From positions 1 through 44,835 of the forward strand of contig DAORIV010000002.1 in NCBI GenBank assembly GCA_035438705.1: a stretch of 44,835 nucleotides of DNA, given 5' to 3'. The notes beneath the pieces were generated by a model. The model was not told the DNA's origin. It saw only the letters and a list, made by a program, of their open reading frames with translations, and made no database searches. Positions 33,282 to 41,492 of the stretch are shown here, in pieces; position 1 is the stretch's first letter, and each line of letters begins with the position of its first letter. This DNA comes from Parcubacteria group bacterium. Its GTDB lineage: Bacteria > Patescibacteriota > Minisyncoccia > Phycocordibacterales > DATDWN01. Position numbers and translations under genes: made by a program.

Positions 33282-35186
33282 ATGAAAGTAAGTTACAAGT
33301 GGTTACAAGAATATATAGAAGATAAATTGCCGGAACCAAAAGTAGTTGCGGACGCTTTGACTATGCATTCATTTGAAATAGAAGAAATTGTAGAAAAAGA
33401 TGGTGATTCAATTATAGATGTAAAAATTCTTCCTAATCGTGCGCATGACTGTTTATCACACTATGGTATTGCAAGTGAGATATGCTCAGTATTGAATTTA
33501 AAAAGAAAAGATTTATTGACAGAAGAGAATATCCCGATTACAGACAAAATAAGTTTGAATATTTCTACAAAAAATTGTAGTAGACAGATTTTTATATTAG
33601 TAAATGATGTAAAAGTTAATGAGAGTCCAGAATGGCTCAAGGAAAAATTAGCTTCACAGGGATCTCGTTCTATAAATGCAATAGTAGATATGACAAATTA
33701 TCTTACTTTTGCTTTTGGGCAACCAATGCATGCATTTGATGCAGGGAAAGTTTCTGTAAATAAAAAAGGCCAGTATGAGTTTAATATTCGAGATGCAAAT
33801 AATGGTGAGAAGATAACTTTGTTGGATGGTAAGGTTTACGAAATAGATAGTACTAATATGGTTATTGCTGACGGTACTAAGGCTCTAGATGTCGCTGGTG
33901 TTATGGGCGGTAAAGATAGTGGAGTAACTAATGATACAAAGAATATAATACTTTCATTATCTTGTTTTGATCCGGTGAGCATTAGAAAGACAGCAAAAAA
34001 ACTTGGAATAAGAACAGATGCATCACATAGATTTGAGAATGAAATTTCTGAAAGTTTGATAAACAGAGTGTTGCCATATGTATTAAAATATATTACAGAA
34101 CTTTCATCGGGAGTGATAGTTGGAATGGTAGAGGTAAACAATAACCAACGAAAAGAGACAAAAGTTTCTGTTTCTTTAGATAAGGTAAGTAGCATGTTGG
34201 GACTTTCAGTGTCTTCTGAAGAGTGTATTTCTCTGTTAGAAAGACAAAACATTAAATCTGTGTTAAGCGGAGATAGTATAGTAGTTACAGTGCCACCTGA
34301 AAGACTGGATGTAAAAATTTCTGAAGATGTTGTTGAGGAGATAGGAAGACTTTTTGGATATAAAAATATTTCACCCGCACCACTTATTTTGGATGCAAAA
34401 CTTATAATAAATTCCGACGTCTATATAGGAGATGCAGTAAGGAAAGTACTGGGTGGTTTGGGTTTTATTGAAATTTATACATACGCTTTTTCAAACAAAG
34501 GCGAAGTTCTTTTAGAGAATCCTCTTGCTCTAGATAAAAGCTACCTTAGAAGTAATTTAGCTCTTGGTATGGAAGAATCTCTTGAAAGAAATTTTAAATA
34601 TTTAGATTTGCTAGGAATAGATGAGGTTAGATTATTTGAAATTGGAAAAGTATTTAAAAATAAAGGGGAATATTTGCACCTATCTCTCGGTGTAAAATTC
34701 CCAAAATCTAAAAAAATAAATGTTGATGAGGAAATAGCAAAAACAATACAAACTTTAGAAGAGAGTTTAAATATTTCTGTGGGTGATGTGTCTATTGTTG
34801 GCGGTGTAGCAGAGTTTGATTTAGAAAGAGTTAAAAAAGAATTGAATCCTATTTTCGAATATCCACTAGGACTATGGGACACATCTAATAAACAGATAAA
34901 ATACAATCCCATTTCAGCATATCCTTTTGCAGTACGTGATGTTGCAGTGTTTGTTCCTAATGAAGTAAGTCGGGAAGTGGTGGAGAGTTTGATTAAAGAA
35001 AAATTTACAGATTATGTTGTACGATTTAGTATGTTTGATAAATTTACAAAAGAAAATAGAACTTCATATGCATTCAGGCTTGTTTTTCAAGCAAACGACA
35101 GAACTCTAACAGAGGATGAAATAAATGCAGTGATGAGTCCGGTATATGAGACACTCAAAGCTCAAGCTGGTTTTGAGATTCGATAA
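33282..35186 (+). CDS. pheT: Phenylalanine--tRNA ligase beta subunit (short, apparently lacks the OB-fold tRNA-binding domain)
   Basis: MKVSYKWLQEYI N-terminus leads directly into LPNRAHDCLSHYGIASE. B3/4, B5 and the FDX-ACB-like C-terminus are present. Confidence 0.95.
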   Translation: MKVSYKWLQEYIEDKLPEPKVVADALTMHSFEIEEIVEKDGDSIIDVKILPNRAHDCLSHYGIASEICSVLNLKRKDLLTEENIPITDKISLNISTKNCSRQIFILVNDVKVNESPEWLKEKLASQGSRSINAIVDMTNYLTFAFGQPMHAFDAGKVSVNKKGQYEFNIRDANNGEKITLLDGKVYEIDSTNMVIADGTKALDVAGVMGGKDSGVTNDTKNIILSLSCFDPVSIRKTAKKLGIRTDASHRFENEISESLINRVLPYVLKYITELSSGVIVGMVEVNNNQRKETKVSVSLDKVSSMLGLSVSSEECISLLERQNIKSVLSGDSIVVTVPPERLDVKISEDVVEEIGRLFGYKNISPAPLILDAKLIINSDVYIGDAVRKVLGGLGFIEIYTYAFSNKGEVLLENPLALDKSYLRSNLALGMEESLERNFKYLDLLGIDEVRLFEIGKVFKNKGEYLHLSLGVKFPKSKKINVDEEIAKTIQTLEESLNISVGDVSIVGGVAEFDLERVKKELNPIFEYPLGLWDTSNKQIKYNPISAYPFAVRDVAVFVPNEVSREVVESLIKEKFTDYVVRFSMFDKFTKENRTSYAFRLVFQANDRTLTEDEINAVMSPVYETLKAQAGFEIR

Positions 35187-35196
35187 ATGCTTATTC

Positions 35197-35339
35197 ACTA
35201 AAACTTTTTTCAGACAGCTCACTTTTCCAGCGAAAAGTTCGCTTTATCCTCGGCCTCTATCTGTCAATGAGCTCTCGCTTTGCTCGAGTCGTTGACAGAA
35301 CCATGCTAGAAGCCTGCGGGGTCATCAAAAAGTTTTAGT
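35197..35339. repeat. Structured 3' intergenic element, family 2, copy 2
   Basis: Closing helix ACTAAAACTTTTT/AAAAAGTTTTAGT with inner hairpins. It carries the same conserved strings (CCAGCG, TCCTCGGCC, ACCATGCT, GCCTGCGGG) as copy 1. Confidence 0.55.
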
Positions 35340-35386
35340 TCAACGCAATGCAAATTCGAAAAGAATATTTTTCTACAAAACAAAAC

Positions 35387-35408
35387 CCCGCACAACAATA
35401 TGTGCGGG
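35387..35408 (-). terminator. Intrinsic terminator of the 60-aa gene
   Basis: CCCGCAC aacaatat GTGCGGG. On the minus strand it is followed by GTTTTGTTTTG. Confidence 0.7.
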
Positions 35409-35420
35409 ATTTGCGTTGCT

Positions 35421-35603
35421 CTAGAACTTGGCATATCTAACGCCGTTGACGCATTGAGATGTTTTTGCTTCGAGCTCTGAGTACATCACTCTCAATACTC
35501 TGATCTGGTCGTAGAGCCCGTTGATGATCATCCTCTCGGGATTTGTGATTCTTCCGAGAGTGAACCCAACTGACAAGGCGAGTACCAGAAGTATGATTCT
35601 CAT
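35421..35603 (-). CDS. Small hydrophobic/secreted protein (60 aa), GC-richer class
   Basis: SD GGAGGAGGTGG precedes the ATG. N-terminus MRIILLVLALSVGFTLG. It has its own terminator. Confidence 0.6.
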   Translation of the reverse strand: MRIILLVLALSVGFTLGRITNPERMIINGLYDQIRVLRVMYSELEAKTSQCVNGVRYAKF

Positions 35604-35660
35604 TCCACCTCCTCCAGTGTTACGATAATATTTTTACAGCATTTGTCAATTTCTTGTATC

Positions 35661-35749
35661 AAAAAACCCGACCTGGCCCCACACATTGCGTGGGGCTTTC
35701 GGGTCGGGGTGCGCTGGTTACCAGCGCCAAGGTTCTTTATCTCCTTTCA
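35661..35749 (-). ncRNA. Candidate sRNA of about 90 nt, or terminator-containing leader of the 60-aa gene
   Basis: A near-consensus promoter lies upstream. The minus-strand transcript would contain hairpin GGCGCTGG taa CCAGCGCC and a GC-rich terminator, ACCCGACC..GCCCCAC gcaatgt GTGGGGC..GGTCGGGT, followed by TTTTTT. Confidence 0.35.
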
Positions 35750-35755
35750 ATCTAA

Positions 35756-35784
35756 ATAATATCACTAATATATATAAAAGTCAA
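35756..35784 (-). promoter_or_regulatory. Near-consensus sigma-70 promoter facing away from gyrB
   Basis: Minus strand reads TTGACT (35784-35779), a 17-nt spacer ending in TGa, then TATTAT (35761-35756). Confidence 0.5.
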
Positions 35785-35880
35785 GTATAAATTTAACCAC
35801 AAAAATATGTATTTTGTGTTGTTTTGATAGCCAAATTTTGCTATAATTTATGGGTTAAATTAACTAAAAAACACTAAAAT

Positions 35881-37956
35881 ATGGCCAAGGAAACAGGAAA
35901 GAAAAAAGATAGTTACGGTGCTGACGCGATACAGATTCTAGAAGGTCTTGAGCCTGTCAGAAAGCGTCCTGGAATGTACATTGGTACAACAGGTCTAGAT
36001 GGTCTACACCACCTTATCTGGGAAATTTTCGACAACTCTCGTGACGAAGCCATGGGAGGTTTTGCAAATGATATTGAGGTTACACTTCTTCCTGGAAACA
36101 GAATCCGAGTGACTGACAACGGACGAGGTATCCCAGTTGATATTCACAAACAAACAAAAGTTTCAGCACTTGAAACTATCATGACAACACTTCACGCTGG
36201 AGGAAAGTTCGGTGGTGAAGATGGAGGTTACAAAGTTTCTGGAGGTCTGCACGGAGTGGGAGCATCTGTTGTTAACGCTCTTTCTATTTATTGTAAGGTA
36301 ACTGTTCACAAACAAGGTGATGGTATTTATATGCAAGAATATTCACAAGGAAAGAAAAAAGCACTTGTGAAAAAAGTTGGTTCAACAAAAAAGAATGGAA
36401 CCATTGTGGTGTTTGAACCAGATCCAGCTATTTTCCCAATAATTGATTTCAATTTCAAAAGAGTTGTAGATCACTTACGACAACAAGCATATCTTGTTAA
36501 GGGACTTCGTATTACTGTAAACGATGCTTCAAAATATGAAGGTAAAATAAAAGAGGATGAAGTTTTCAAAATAACTGAACTTGGACTAGAGATACCTTCT
36601 ATGTCTTTCTATTTTGAGGGAGGACTTTTGTCACTTGTGAAGTTCATGAACTCTACTCAGAAACCAATTCACAAAAATGTTTTTTATGTAGAGAAGAAAA
36701 CAAACGAGTGGGAATCAGTAGAAGTATCACTACAATACGTTGACGATATTTCTTGTAGACTTTCTGCTTTTGCAAACAACATTTACAACCCAGAAGGTGG
36801 AACACATGTAACAGGTTTTAAAACTGCCCTTACTCGTATCCTAAACTCTTACGGAAGAAAAAATAATCTTATTAAAGAAAGCGAAGACAACTTTACTGGA
36901 GATGATGTGCTAGAAGGACTAACTGCTGTTATATCTGTAAAGCTTCGCGAAGTTCAGTTTGAAGGACAAACAAAAGCAAAACTTGGAACAGTTGAAGCTC
37001 AATCCTCTGTAAACAGTATTTTCTCTGAAGCATTTTCTACTTTCCTTGAAGAAAATCCTGATGATGCTAAAGCAATCGTAAACAAAGTAGTGTTAGCTCT
37101 GAAGGCTCGAAAAGCTGCAAAAGCTGCTAAAGACTCTGTACTTAGAAAGGGGGCATTAGAAGGCATGACTCTTCCTGGAAAGCTTGCTGACTGTCAGAGT
37201 AAGAGTGCGGAGGACTCAGAACTGTTTATCGTAGAGGGAGACTCTGCGGGAGGTACTGCAAAAACAGGTAGAGACAGAAGAACACAAGCAATACTTCCAC
37301 TACGAGGTAAGATTCTAAACATTGAAAGAGCAAGACTTGATAGACTACTAGAATCAGAGCAAATCAAAAACTTAGTTATTGCATTGGGAACTGCAATCGG
37401 AGATACATTTGATATTTCTAAATTAAGATATCACAAAATAATTATAGCCACAGATGCCGACGTAGACGGTGCTCACATCAGAACACTTATTCTGACACTT
37501 ATGTACAGATATTTCAGACCATTACTCGATGGAGGTTTTGTATATATTGCTCAACCACCACTATATAAAATAAAAAAAGGTAAGGAAGTTTTCTACGCAT
37601 ATTCTGACGAAGAGAAAGCAAAAATTGTTGGTAAGGAAGAAGTTGCTGAAGTTGAAACAGTGGTAGATGAAGAAGAGGTTGAGGAGGCAGAAGAAGAATC
37701 TAAAACAAAGAAGGGTGCAAAAGAGGAGCCAAGAAAAGCTAAGTTTTCTATTCAAAGGTATAAGGGTCTTGGAGAAATGAACTCAGAAGAGTTGTGGGAA
37801 ACAACTATGGATCCAGCTAGAAGAGTTTTGAAACAAGTTGCAGTCGAAAGTACTACGGCTGCAGACAAAGTGTTTGATGTTCTGATGGGTACGGATGTGC
37901 CAGCGAGAAAGAGTTTTATACAGAGTAACGCTAAAGCCGCAAACCTAGATATATAA
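35881..37956 (+). CDS. gyrB: DNA gyrase subunit B
   Basis: ILEGLEPVRKRPGMYIG, the GHKL ATPase motifs, Toprim EGDSAGG and PLRGKILN, and QRYKGLGEM. An acidic low-complexity insert precedes the tail. Confidence 0.97.
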   Translation: MAKETGKKKDSYGADAIQILEGLEPVRKRPGMYIGTTGLDGLHHLIWEIFDNSRDEAMGGFANDIEVTLLPGNRIRVTDNGRGIPVDIHKQTKVSALETIMTTLHAGGKFGGEDGGYKVSGGLHGVGASVVNALSIYCKVTVHKQGDGIYMQEYSQGKKKALVKKVGSTKKNGTIVVFEPDPAIFPIIDFNFKRVVDHLRQQAYLVKGLRITVNDASKYEGKIKEDEVFKITELGLEIPSMSFYFEGGLLSLVKFMNSTQKPIHKNVFYVEKKTNEWESVEVSLQYVDDISCRLSAFANNIYNPEGGTHVTGFKTALTRILNSYGRKNNLIKESEDNFTGDDVLEGLTAVISVKLREVQFEGQTKAKLGTVEAQSSVNSIFSEAFSTFLEENPDDAKAIVNKVVLALKARKAAKAAKDSVLRKGALEGMTLPGKLADCQSKSAEDSELFIVEGDSAGGTAKTGRDRRTQAILPLRGKILNIERARLDRLLESEQIKNLVIALGTAIGDTFDISKLRYHKIIIATDADVDGAHIRTLILTLMYRYFRPLLDGGFVYIAQPPLYKIKKGKEVFYAYSDEEKAKIVGKEEVAEVETVVDEEEVEEAEEESKTKKGAKEEPRKAKFSIQRYKGLGEMNSEELWETTMDPARRVLKQVAVESTTAADKVFDVLMGTDVPARKSFIQSNAKAANLDI

Positions 37957-37984
37957 CTTCCAAATTTGGCCAATCTCTACTTCT

Positions 37985-38045
37985 AAAATAAAACTCTGGC
38001 TCGTCAATGTACCACATGTACACCTCCGATCCAGAGTTTTATTTT
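37985..38045 (+). repeat. Structured 3' element, family 3, copy 2
   Basis: A perfect 15-bp helix, AAAATAAAACTCTGG/CCAGAGTTTTATTTT, surrounds the same conserved core TCAATGTACnnnnTGTACACCTCC (38004-38027). Confidence 0.55.
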
Positions 38046-38109
38046 ATAAGCGACCTTGTCTCAAATTATGAAAGTTCTATTTAATTTAGTATTTTGTTAA
38101 TATATTTTT

Positions 38110-38607
38110 ATGTATAAGAAAATTCTAATTTTGGGGGATTCTGGAAGAGGTAAAACTACTTTAGCGAAAAAGTTGTCAGAAAAGCTTAATATTCCTTGTC
38201 ATGATACTGATGACTATTTTTGGAAGACTAAATATACTGAACCTGCAGACAGAGAACAAAGTAGATTAGAAATAAATAAAATATATGACACACCAGAATG
38301 GATAATGTCAGGTTCTACTAGGCATTTGATTATGTATGGAATCGAGAAAGCAGATATTATTTTTATTCTTAAATTTAAAAATATTTTATTTCAATATTAT
38401 TTTATAATAAAAAGAAATTTAACTAGAAAAGAAGAGGGGTTAAAAGATCTTTGGGATTTACTTACTCATGTAACTAAAAAGAAATATAAAAAGGGTTACG
38501 GCAGTCATGTTCCACGTGTAGAGGAGCTGGTAAATGACTACAGAAAAAAGGTAATTGAGTTTCATTCGCTTAAAGAAATAAATAAGTATCTAGAATCCTT
38601 AAACTAA
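38110..38607 (+). CDS. P-loop NTPase, adenylate-kinase/FlaR (topology modulation protein)-like
   Basis: ILILGDSGRGKTTLAKKLSEKLNIPCHDTDDYFW (Walker A plus a typical FlaR-like N-terminus). Confidence 0.7.
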   Translation: MYKKILILGDSGRGKTTLAKKLSEKLNIPCHDTDDYFWKTKYTEPADREQSRLEINKIYDTPEWIMSGSTRHLIMYGIEKADIIFILKFKNILFQYYFIIKRNLTRKEEGLKDLWDLLTHVTKKKYKKGYGSHVPRVEELVNDYRKKVIEFHSLKEINKYLESLN

Positions 38608-38632
38608 CTGGGTTATTTTTGAATTTTAAAAG

Positions 38633-38641
38633 TGATATAAT
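38633..38641 (+). promoter_or_regulatory. Extended -10 box abutting the 38650 start codon
   Basis: TGaTATAAT ends 8 nt before ATG 38650. Confidence 0.4.
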
Positions 38642-38649
38642 GATAGTTA

Positions 38650-39369
38650 ATGGAGAAGTACAGTTTGGAAAAAGCACAAGAAGAAGCATCTAAAATTCAA
38701 AAAAAAATTGAATCGGGTAAAGCTGATATATATGAAGATGCACATGATCAGGTAGAGGGAGAAAAACCTATTACTAAAGAAATGTTGAGTTCAAAGATTG
38801 CTGACCTTGGTGCAATTGAACAGTTCAGGGATAAAACCATTCGCTATCGTGAAGAAATTGCCGGACTTGTGGAAAGACCTCTGCTTTCTGCATGTGAGGA
38901 GTTGTATGATAAAAATATTATTACATTAGGAACATCCGCAAATGCAAAAGATGTAGAATTTGATGATTGGAAAAATCCTGGACAAAAAATACCTGGTGAG
39001 GGGGCTTATATAATTATTGATTTTGATACTCTTTCACCAAAAAATCAGGAAATAGGAAGGAGTTTGGGGAAGATTTATTTTGTAGATGATATGAATAAAC
39101 TTAAAATTGCTCTTCCTTTAACAAAAGAAACTACCTTTGAAGATGTCCAGAAATGGTCTTTGGGTATTGCACATAAGTTTGTTAAACAACAATACAAACC
39201 AAAGGTTTATACATTAGAATCGCTTAGACAAGCATATGGATATGATCCTGAAGATGAATCAGTTAAACCAGAAAATTTCAGTGATTATTATTGGTCTCCT
39301 GAATATGAGGTATTTTTCCTAAGTAAAGAACAACACGATAAGGCAGTAGAATTAATTAATGAAGATTAA
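38650..39369 (+). CDS. Hypothetical acidic protein (239 aa)
   Basis: Long ORF in housekeeping-type composition, followed by a terminator, with no recognisable motif. Confidence 0.55.
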   Translation: MEKYSLEKAQEEASKIQKKIESGKADIYEDAHDQVEGEKPITKEMLSSKIADLGAIEQFRDKTIRYREEIAGLVERPLLSACEELYDKNIITLGTSANAKDVEFDDWKNPGQKIPGEGAYIIIDFDTLSPKNQEIGRSLGKIYFVDDMNKLKIALPLTKETTFEDVQKWSLGIAHKFVKQQYKPKVYTLESLRQAYGYDPEDESVKPENFSDYYWSPEYEVFFLSKEQHDKAVELINED

Positions 39370-39383
39370 AAATTCCATAATCT

Positions 39384-39405
39384 AAAACCGCCAGATGGCG
39401 GTTTT
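39384..39405. terminator. Bidirectional intrinsic terminator
   Basis: AAAACCGCC agat GGCGGTTTT between convergent genes. Confidence 0.8.
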
Positions 39406-39409
39406 AAGT

Positions 39410-40663
39410 TTATTTCTTTTCTTTTATTTCTGTTTGAAGTTTGGCTAGAAGTTCTTCAGTAGTCATTTGTCCTAGTTGGCCATTGTCTCGGGACTCAAGT
39501 GTTACTTTGTTTGCTTCTATCTCTTTATCGCCAATTACAATCCAGTAAGGCATCTTGTTTGTCTTCGCATCACGAACTTTTGTTCCTAAGTTTGCGTCAG
39601 CATTGTCTAGTTCTGATCTGATACCAGCTTCCATTAGCATTTTGTGAACTTCTTCTGCTTTTGCATTGTGAGTATCACGAACAGGGATAACTTTAACTTG
39701 AGTTGGAGATAACCATAGAGGGAAGTTACCTTCGTATTTTTCTATTAAGAAAGCCATAACTCGTTCTATAGCTCCGATAGAAGATCGGTGTACAACAGTA
39801 GCTAGTTTTTCTGTACCATCTTTTGCTGTATAAACTAGGTTAAATCTTTTTGGCATTACGAAGTCGTATTGCACTGTGAAAGCCGTATTTTCTATACCGC
39901 GAACATCTTTCATCTGGATATCAATTTTCGGTCCATAGAAAGCGGCTTCATCTTTTGCTTCTGTAAACTTTACACCTTGGTTTTGAAGCACTTCTCTTAA
40001 AACTTGTTCTGCTTCATCCCAAGCCTTGTCATCTTTGTAGTACTTTTTATCATCGTTTCTGTCACCAAGTGAAAGTCGGTACCAGAAGTCTTCACCTTTT
40101 TTAAGTCCGAAAACTCCTACAGCTTCCTCGATAAGATCCAGCACATTTTTCACTTCATCTTGTGCTTGTTTTACATCTGCACAGATGATGTGTGAGTCAG
40201 CAAGACAGAAAGATCTTACACGAACTAGTCCAGACAAGTTTCCACTAGCTTCGTATCTATATAGCTTTGCTATTTCAGCAATACGCATTGGAAGTTCTCT
40301 GTATGAGTGAGGTTTTGAAAGATATAGTTCAAAGTGGTGAGGACAAGTCATCGGTCGCAACATAAACTCTTCGTCATCAATTACAATAGGAGAGTACATC
40401 GTGTCTTTGTAGTATGGGTAGTGACCAGACTTTTCATACAAGCCAATTTTTGCAATATCAGGAGTGGTTACGTGTTTGTATCCTCGTTTTATCTCAAGAT
40501 CTACTACAAACCTCTCAAGCTCTCGTCTAATAGTCGCGCCTTTTTCTGTATATAACGGTAACCCTTTTCCAACAGTATCTGAAAACACGAATAATCCTAA
40601 TTCTTTACCTATACTTCTATGGTCGTTTTTATCTAGACCTATATCTTTGTTTTCTTCGTTCAT
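39410..40663 (-). CDS. thrS: Threonine--tRNA ligase, catalytic plus anticodon-binding domains only
   Basis: It starts close to the DHRSIGKELGLF motif that opens the ThrRS catalytic core. Class II motifs and a C-terminal anticodon-binding domain are present. ATG 40663 lies 8 nt after TGcTATGCT. Confidence 0.9.
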   Translation of the reverse strand: MNEENKDIGLDKNDHRSIGKELGLFVFSDTVGKGLPLYTEKGATIRRELERFVVDLEIKRGYKHVTTPDIAKIGLYEKSGHYPYYKDTMYSPIVIDDEEFMLRPMTCPHHFELYLSKPHSYRELPMRIAEIAKLYRYEASGNLSGLVRVRSFCLADSHIICADVKQAQDEVKNVLDLIEEAVGVFGLKKGEDFWYRLSLGDRNDDKKYYKDDKAWDEAEQVLREVLQNQGVKFTEAKDEAAFYGPKIDIQMKDVRGIENTAFTVQYDFVMPKRFNLVYTAKDGTEKLATVVHRSSIGAIERVMAFLIEKYEGNFPLWLSPTQVKVIPVRDTHNAKAEEVHKMLMEAGIRSELDNADANLGTKVRDAKTNKMPYWIVIGDKEIEANKVTLESRDNGQLGQMTTEELLAKLQTEIKEKK

Positions 40664-40753
40664 AATAAATAAGCATAGCACAAATATGTAAATTTTGAAT
40701 TTATTGACACAATACGTCTTTTCTTTTAGTTTTATTTGGAGGGAGGTTATGGT

Positions 40754-41155
40754 GTGCCACAAACATCTACAAGCAAGACCTCAACATCATCACAGGTCTT
40801 TGGGTCTATCGGTCTTGCAGCAATGTTGTTGATTCTCGTTTTCTCTGAAAGACTTCCAGAGAAAATCGTTGCTGTATTGATGATTCTCTGGGTGTTCTGC
40901 GGAGGGGTGGTTGTGTGGAACTTTCTACGTGAGAGTTCATCTGTAGGAGTTATTCGAAGTCGCTCGAGCAGGAAACTCACCTATCTGCTTTATGCAGATA
41001 AAGCGATGAGTCTGTCGAAAAAAGCAGTTTTGCTAGTTTTTGTTTTCTTCATTCTTGGCCTCAAGTTCTTGCTAGTAGTTTCGATGCTTATTGTGTTTAT
41101 TTGCATCCTTGCCTGGATCTATTTCGTCTACAAGGAAATGCGCACGAAATTGTAA
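40754..41155 (+). CDS. Hypothetical multi-pass membrane protein, GC-richer class
   Basis: GTG start 6 nt after GGAGGGAGG. There are 3-4 hydrophobic helices and a terminator downstream. Confidence 0.55.
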   Translation: MPQTSTSKTSTSSQVFGSIGLAAMLLILVFSERLPEKIVAVLMILWVFCGGVVVWNFLRESSSVGVIRSRSSRKLTYLLYADKAMSLSKKAVLLVFVFFILGLKFLLVVSMLIVFICILAWIYFVYKEMRTKL

Positions 41156-41163
41156 CACTTAAC

Positions 41164-41193
41164 AACGCCGAGACTAGTCTCGGCGTTTTGTTT
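41164..41193 (+). terminator. Intrinsic terminator
   Basis: AACGCCGAGAC ta GTCTCGGCGTT followed by TTGTTT. Confidence 0.75.
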
Positions 41194-41236
41194 GACGGAA
41201 AAACATTTTCTGGTAATTTATAAAAAAGAGGTGCGT

Positions 41237-41449
41237 ATGGACTCAAACCTAGTAGCAAAATGGCAAGCACTTAAGGTAGAAATCTGGAATCTCATAGAAA
41301 AAGATCCGAAGTTCCTTGGCGAGATTGAGAAGTTGGTTGCTGAAAGAAAATCAGAAGAAGAAAGGCGAGAGGCAGAAAAACGTAGTGAATACTACAGGGG
41401 TGCACAAAGACTAGTGGATCACTTGCGTAGTTCTTCATTCAAGGACTAA
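41237..41449 (+). CDS. Small charged helical protein (70 aa), GC-richer class
   Basis: ATG lies 6 nt after AAGAGGTG. Upstream are TTGACG, a 16-nt spacer ending in TGg, and TAATTT. A terminator lies downstream. Confidence 0.5.
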   Translation: MDSNLVAKWQALKVEIWNLIEKDPKFLGEIEKLVAERKSEEERREAEKRSEYYRGAQRLVDHLRSSSFKD

Positions 41450-41453
41450 TTTG

Positions 41454-41489
41454 AAAAACGGAGTCACTTTTTGTGACTCCTTTTCTTTT
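41454..41489. terminator. Bidirectional intrinsic terminator
   Basis: AAAAACGGAGTCAC ttttt GTGACTCCTTTTCTTTT between convergent genes. Confidence 0.75.
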
Positions 41490-41492
41490 GGA

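Noticed and set aside
37931-38017. Minus-strand SD plus ATG inside the family 3 core (GGAGGTGTACATG), giving a 28-aa ORF antisense to the gyrB 3' end.
   Set aside because: The ATG is not present in the other copy (GGAGGTGTACAGATAG), so the coding reading is not conserved. The GGAGG is better explained as the complement of the conserved CCTCC.
40664-40753. T-box or other riboswitch leaders upstream of thrS and pheS (32493-32535).
   Set aside because: The intergenic spaces are only 43-90 bp, and -10 boxes abut the start codons. There is no room for a 200-nt T-box leader, and no specifier or T-box motif was seen.
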